Origin: a virus | Taxonomy: Duplodnaviria > Caudoviricetes | Length of the DNA: 62,504 nucleotides | IMG/VR virus record: IMGVR_UViG_3300032320_000789 | Location: 1-62,504 of that record | Reading direction: 5' to 3' (one strand) | Part shown: piece after piece, positions 59,118 through 62,504 of the stretch | How the letters are laid out: every line of letters starts with the position of its first letter | Position numbering within the stretch: position 1 is the first letter of the stretch | Made by a program: the position numbers and the translations under genes | Notes under the pieces: model-generated | Databases searched by the model: none | Told to the model about the DNA's origin: nothing | Seen by the model: only the letters and a program-made list of their open reading frames with translations

Positions 59118-59831
59118 ATGTATAATCCAAAATTTGCGTATCACGAATTATCCCGCACAAGCGAAGAAGGTCGGCGCTTGTATCTTACACCCGACGGTAA
59201 AAAGGTTCCCAGTGTAACCACAATTCTTAGTGCTACTGAACCACAAGAAAAAAAAGAAGCACTACAAAACTGGCGTAAACGAGTAGGTGTTGAGAAAGCT
59301 CAAGCAATTACTACAGAAGCTGCTAATCGTGGTACTAGAATGCACACCTATCTAGAACGCTATATAAAAGACGGAGCCATGCCTGACCGTGGGTCAAATC
59401 CTTTTGGGTGGGCTAGTCATGCCATGGCACAAACTGTTATTGACAATGGTTTAAAAAATGTTAACGAACTTTGGGGTGTAGAAATCCCGTTATTTTTCCC
59501 CAGTTTATATGCTGGTACAACTGACGGTTGCGGGATTCACATGGGCAACGAAAGTATTATAGATTATAAGCAAACAAATAAACCTAAAAAACAAGAATGG
59601 ATCAAGGACTATTATCTACAACTGGTAGCCTACGCCCTAGCACACAACGAAGTTTATAAAACAAATATTCGTAAAGGTGTTGTGCTAATGTGTGTAAAAC
59701 CTGAAACTGATGAGCTAGGGAATTTACTTACAGAACCCCAATACCAGGAATTTACGCTGGAACCTAGCGATTTTGATTACTGGGAACAAGAATGGTGGAA
59801 ACGATTAGAGCTCTACTACACGATTAGCTAA
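59118..59831 (+). CDS. PD-(D/E)xK exonuclease
   Basis: PSVTTIL, RGTRMH, YAGTTD, IIDYKQ, QLVAYA. Confidence 0.85.
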   Translation: MYNPKFAYHELSRTSEEGRRLYLTPDGKKVPSVTTILSATEPQEKKEALQNWRKRVGVEKAQAITTEAANRGTRMHTYLERYIKDGAMPDRGSNPFGWASHAMAQTVIDNGLKNVNELWGVEIPLFFPSLYAGTTDGCGIHMGNESIIDYKQTNKPKKQEWIKDYYLQLVAYALAHNEVYKTNIRKGVVLMCVKPETDELGNLLTEPQYQEFTLEPSDFDYWEQEWWKRLELYYTIS

Positions 59832-59857
59832 ATACTGTATAACAAGGAATACAGTAA

Positions 59858-61465
59858 ATGGCAATAGTGCAAATCTCCCAGATTACTAACCGCTTAGGTT
59901 TAAACATAGATTTACCCCAATTAGCGGGTGCTGAATTAGGTTGGTCCACAGATACTCGTCAACTTTATATTGGCAACGGTACTTTGGAACAAGGTGCTCC
60001 GGTTATTGGCAATACTGAAATTTTAACAGAATTTTCAGATATTATAAGTTTAGCGGCTGCCTATACTTACAAAGGAACTGCCGCAGGTTATATAGTACAA
60101 ACTGGACCAACTCCCAGTAGCCCAATTACATTAAGTCTACAGACTTGGCTAGATCAATTTGCCACTGTAAAAGATTTTGGCGCTAAAGGAGATGGATTAA
60201 CAGACGATACCGCAGCCATTAATCGTGCATTAGATCAATTATATTGTCAACAAAATAATGTACAGATACGCAGAGCTTTATTTTTTCCTGCTGGAAAATA
60301 TATTATAAGCGGCCCAATTAATATTCCGCCTTTTGCGACTTTATATGGAGAAGGTCCACAAAACTCAATCATTCAGATGAAGCTTTCGGGCGGGACAGGA
60401 ACCTGTGTAGCTCAAACTGCCGACAATAGACAACAAACCGGCATTAATATTGGTAACGGCGGAGCAACTACTCCTACAGATATCAATATTATAAACATGG
60501 CATTTCAAACATTAGATGCTACTAAAAATATATTTTTAGTTAACTCTGCTACTAATTGTATATTCCGCGCTGTAAGTTTTATAGGTGCTAGTACAACAAG
60601 TACCTTAATCGATGATTTAGCAGATACAGCTGGAGCGGTATTAGTGAGTGATGTTGTTACTACACGCGATATCGTATTTGATAGTTGTAGATTTACCGGA
60701 GCAACTTATGGTGTCAACGCCAATGAAGCAACTAAGGGTGTAACTATTAATAATTCTTATTTTAATGTTTTATTCCGTGGTGTGTCTCTAAGCACAAGCG
60801 GGCCTACTGGAATCCGTGTAACAAACAATGTATTTGATAATATATATAGTTGCGGTGTCATATTTAACGGAGCAAGTCTCAATGCTACCGGCTATAATAT
60901 TTTTTATGATGTAGGAAATCATTTCCAAGGTGCTGCTAATCCATCGGTGCCTGTAATTATATTCCAAAGCGATAACAATGTTAGTATTGGCGATATGTTT
61001 GAACGAACAGATGTGTATGCCCAAGGATATCCTAGAATCTATATAGGTACTACGCTGAGTATTTCAACTACCAATGGATCACAATTACAGTTAGGTACAA
61101 AAGTTATCACGTCGGGCCAAGATGCTATACTTCAAGATAATATTCTTCCTGGAAATCCTGCTACAATATTCACTCTTGATACTACCCACACAAGTTCCAG
61201 CTTTAAGATAGATTATTCTACTACTAGAATTGGTAATTTAATAGGTACCGGAACTGTTTCTGGTTTTAGAACTGGTACACTATGGGTAACAAGCAATATT
61301 AATGGCAATGTTCAATACATGGATGACTATACTGAAAATTATCCCATTGGTGTGGATTTATTAGCTGTCCAAACTGCTAACACATCTTTTGTTAGGATAG
61401 AATATACTTCTTCGGTTGGCAATTCGTCTACTTTTAATTACTCTACTTCTTATTTCGGCTCTTAA
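59858..61465 (+). CDS. Tail protein with Mtd-N-like N-terminus and pectate-lyase-like beta-helix
   Basis: LPQLAGAELGWSTDTRQLYIGNG; VKDFGAKGDGLTDDTAAINRA; CTAAATA at 59828. Confidence 0.8.
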   Translation: MAIVQISQITNRLGLNIDLPQLAGAELGWSTDTRQLYIGNGTLEQGAPVIGNTEILTEFSDIISLAAAYTYKGTAAGYIVQTGPTPSSPITLSLQTWLDQFATVKDFGAKGDGLTDDTAAINRALDQLYCQQNNVQIRRALFFPAGKYIISGPINIPPFATLYGEGPQNSIIQMKLSGGTGTCVAQTADNRQQTGINIGNGGATTPTDINIINMAFQTLDATKNIFLVNSATNCIFRAVSFIGASTTSTLIDDLADTAGAVLVSDVVTTRDIVFDSCRFTGATYGVNANEATKGVTINNSYFNVLFRGVSLSTSGPTGIRVTNNVFDNIYSCGVIFNGASLNATGYNIFYDVGNHFQGAANPSVPVIIFQSDNNVSIGDMFERTDVYAQGYPRIYIGTTLSISTTNGSQLQLGTKVITSGQDAILQDNILPGNPATIFTLDTTHTSSSFKIDYSTTRIGNLIGTGTVSGFRTGTLWVTSNINGNVQYMDDYTENYPIGVDLLAVQTANTSFVRIEYTSSVGNSSTFNYSTSYFGS

Positions 61466-61875
61466 TGTGGCATAAAGACTTTGCTAACAGGTTAGAGTCC
61501 TGGGCTGAACTTCGCACTCAAAATCGTGAACTTCCGTTAGAAAAAGCCCTTCAAAATATAAATGATTATTGGCAAGAATCACCCTGGCAACCTTATTATC
61601 TACATTGGGACGATCAGCCAAATTGGCCCGACCCATGGCAGCTTTTGAGCGATAATATTTTTTGCGATCTTGCTCGCGGGCTTGGAATCCTGTATACTTT
61701 AAGTATGTTAGAACATAAAGATTTAATATCGTATGAGTTGATTTTGGCAGAAGATGATCGCAATTTAGTCTTAGTTAATAAATCAAAATATACACTTAAT
61801 TGGGACGGTTCAGTCTTAGTAAATACTCCACTAGTTGGTAAAGCAAAAAGACGATTTATCAACACCACCATTTAA
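61465..61875 (+). CDS. Hypothetical protein, transglutaminase/BTLCP-like features
   Basis: WPDPWQLLSDNIFCDLARGLGILYTL. Confidence 0.55.
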   Translation: MWHKDFANRLESWAELRTQNRELPLEKALQNINDYWQESPWQPYYLHWDDQPNWPDPWQLLSDNIFCDLARGLGILYTLSMLEHKDLISYELILAEDDRNLVLVNKSKYTLNWDGSVLVNTPLVGKAKRRFINTTI

Positions 61876-61916
61876 TAGAAGTATAAGTAGTAAACAAATA
61901 ATAAAACGAGAGTTAG

Positions 61917-62504
61917 ATGACGCAAATTACAGTAGTTAAGAGAAGCGGTGTAAAAGAACCACTACATATTGATAAATGGCAGGCACAAGTTGCTAAAGTT
62001 TGCAAAGGCATTGCTGATGTAAGTCAGTCGATGATCGAAATTAAAGCGCAGTTACATTTTTATGATGGTATTACAACAAAAGAAATTGACGGGATCACTT
62101 TAAGAGCTATTGTAGATCTTATCGATGTAGAATCTAATCCGGATGTCGGCCATACAAATTATCAATATGTAGCCGGCAAACATCGATTATCCATGTTACG
62201 CAAAGACGTTTATGGTTCTTATGAAGTCCCGCATCTTTATGAAATCGTAAAGAAAAATGTAGCCACTGGCTTATACACAGCAGAGCTTCTTGAGTGGTAC
62301 ACCGAAGAAGATTGGAACAAGATGAATGATATGCTTGACCATGATAAGGATGAAGGATATAGTTATGCAGCAATTGAACAGCTTATTGAGAAGTATCTTG
62401 TACGCAATCGCGCTACGAAGGAGATCTATGAGACTCCACAAGTTAGGTATATGGTCGCGGCCGCTACGGTCTTTCATAAGGAAGAACCTCAATCAGCACG
62501 TATG
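61917..62504 (+). CDS. nrdA: Ribonucleoside-diphosphate reductase alpha subunit (3'-truncated; missing from ORF track)
   Basis: MTQITVVKRSGVKEPL ATP-cone, NYQYVAG, KYLVRNRATKEIYETPQ; frame open to the window end. Confidence 0.92.
   Translation, partial: MTQITVVKRSGVKEPLHIDKWQAQVAKVCKGIADVSQSMIEIKAQLHFYDGITTKEIDGITLRAIVDLIDVESNPDVGHTNYQYVAGKHRLSMLRKDVYGSYEVPHLYEIVKKNVATGLYTAELLEWYTEEDWNKMNDMLDHDKDEGYSYAAIEQLIEKYLVRNRATKEIYETPQVRYMVAAATVFHKEEPQSARM

Noticed and set aside
59118-59831. Cas4/CRISPR association of the PD-(D/E)xK nuclease
   Set aside because: No Fe-S cysteine cluster pattern, no array or other cas genes; ordinary phage exonuclease
1453-62492. Numerous short antisense or alternate-frame ORFs in the track (60-134 aa)
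   Set aside because: Nested within well-supported genes, with no RBS or recognisable motifs; treated as shadow ORFs
1-62504. Stop-codon reassignment, tRNA genes, introns or inteins in TerL/helicase/NrdA
   Set aside because: Genes are intact and densely packed in the standard code with TAA, TAG and TGA all used as stops; no cloverleaf or intein insertion was seen by eye

Overview
A 62.5-kb, AT-rich, gene-dense piece of a large T4-like (myovirus) bacteriophage genome, standard genetic code, mostly + strand. No portal, major capsid protein, tRNA, CRISPR array or integrase is visible. From left to right: (1) two RCC1/BLIP-II repeat proteins followed by a modification cluster (degenerate 2OG-Fe(II) oxygenase, sulfotransferase, methyltransferases, TPR/GT9-like and GT4-MTase-GT2 glycosyltransferases, APS-kinase/HxGH-nucleotidyltransferase fusion); (2) neck, tail-completion, sheath, tube, head-completion and terminase genes, plus many putative internal head proteins with [ILVM]-x-E protease-type sites; (3) a replication/recombination block (gp32 SSB, UvsX, UvsY, UvsW, clamp-loader small subunit, a ~195-aa miniature DnaE-like polymerase core, primase, helicase); (4) more virion proteins, including a Pol-beta-type nucleotidyltransferase fused to a ligase-like domain; (5) an iscU-yccA(BI-1)-iscA auxiliary cassette, a PD-(D/E)xK exonuclease, a beta-helix tail protein and the start of nrdA. 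Two promoter classes can be read by eye: sigma70-like TTGACA-N17-TATAAT and late-type (C/A/T)TAAATA. Many sit 5-9 nt from the start codon, suggesting leaderless mRNAs. The best leads are the mini-DnaE operon, the probable virion-packaged NTase-ligase fusion, the glycosylation/sulfation cluster with a possible PAPS-synthase-like fusion, and H-type pseudoknots upstream of the gp32 gene and at ~12.17 kb. All protein calls come from motif recognition by eye, not database searches.
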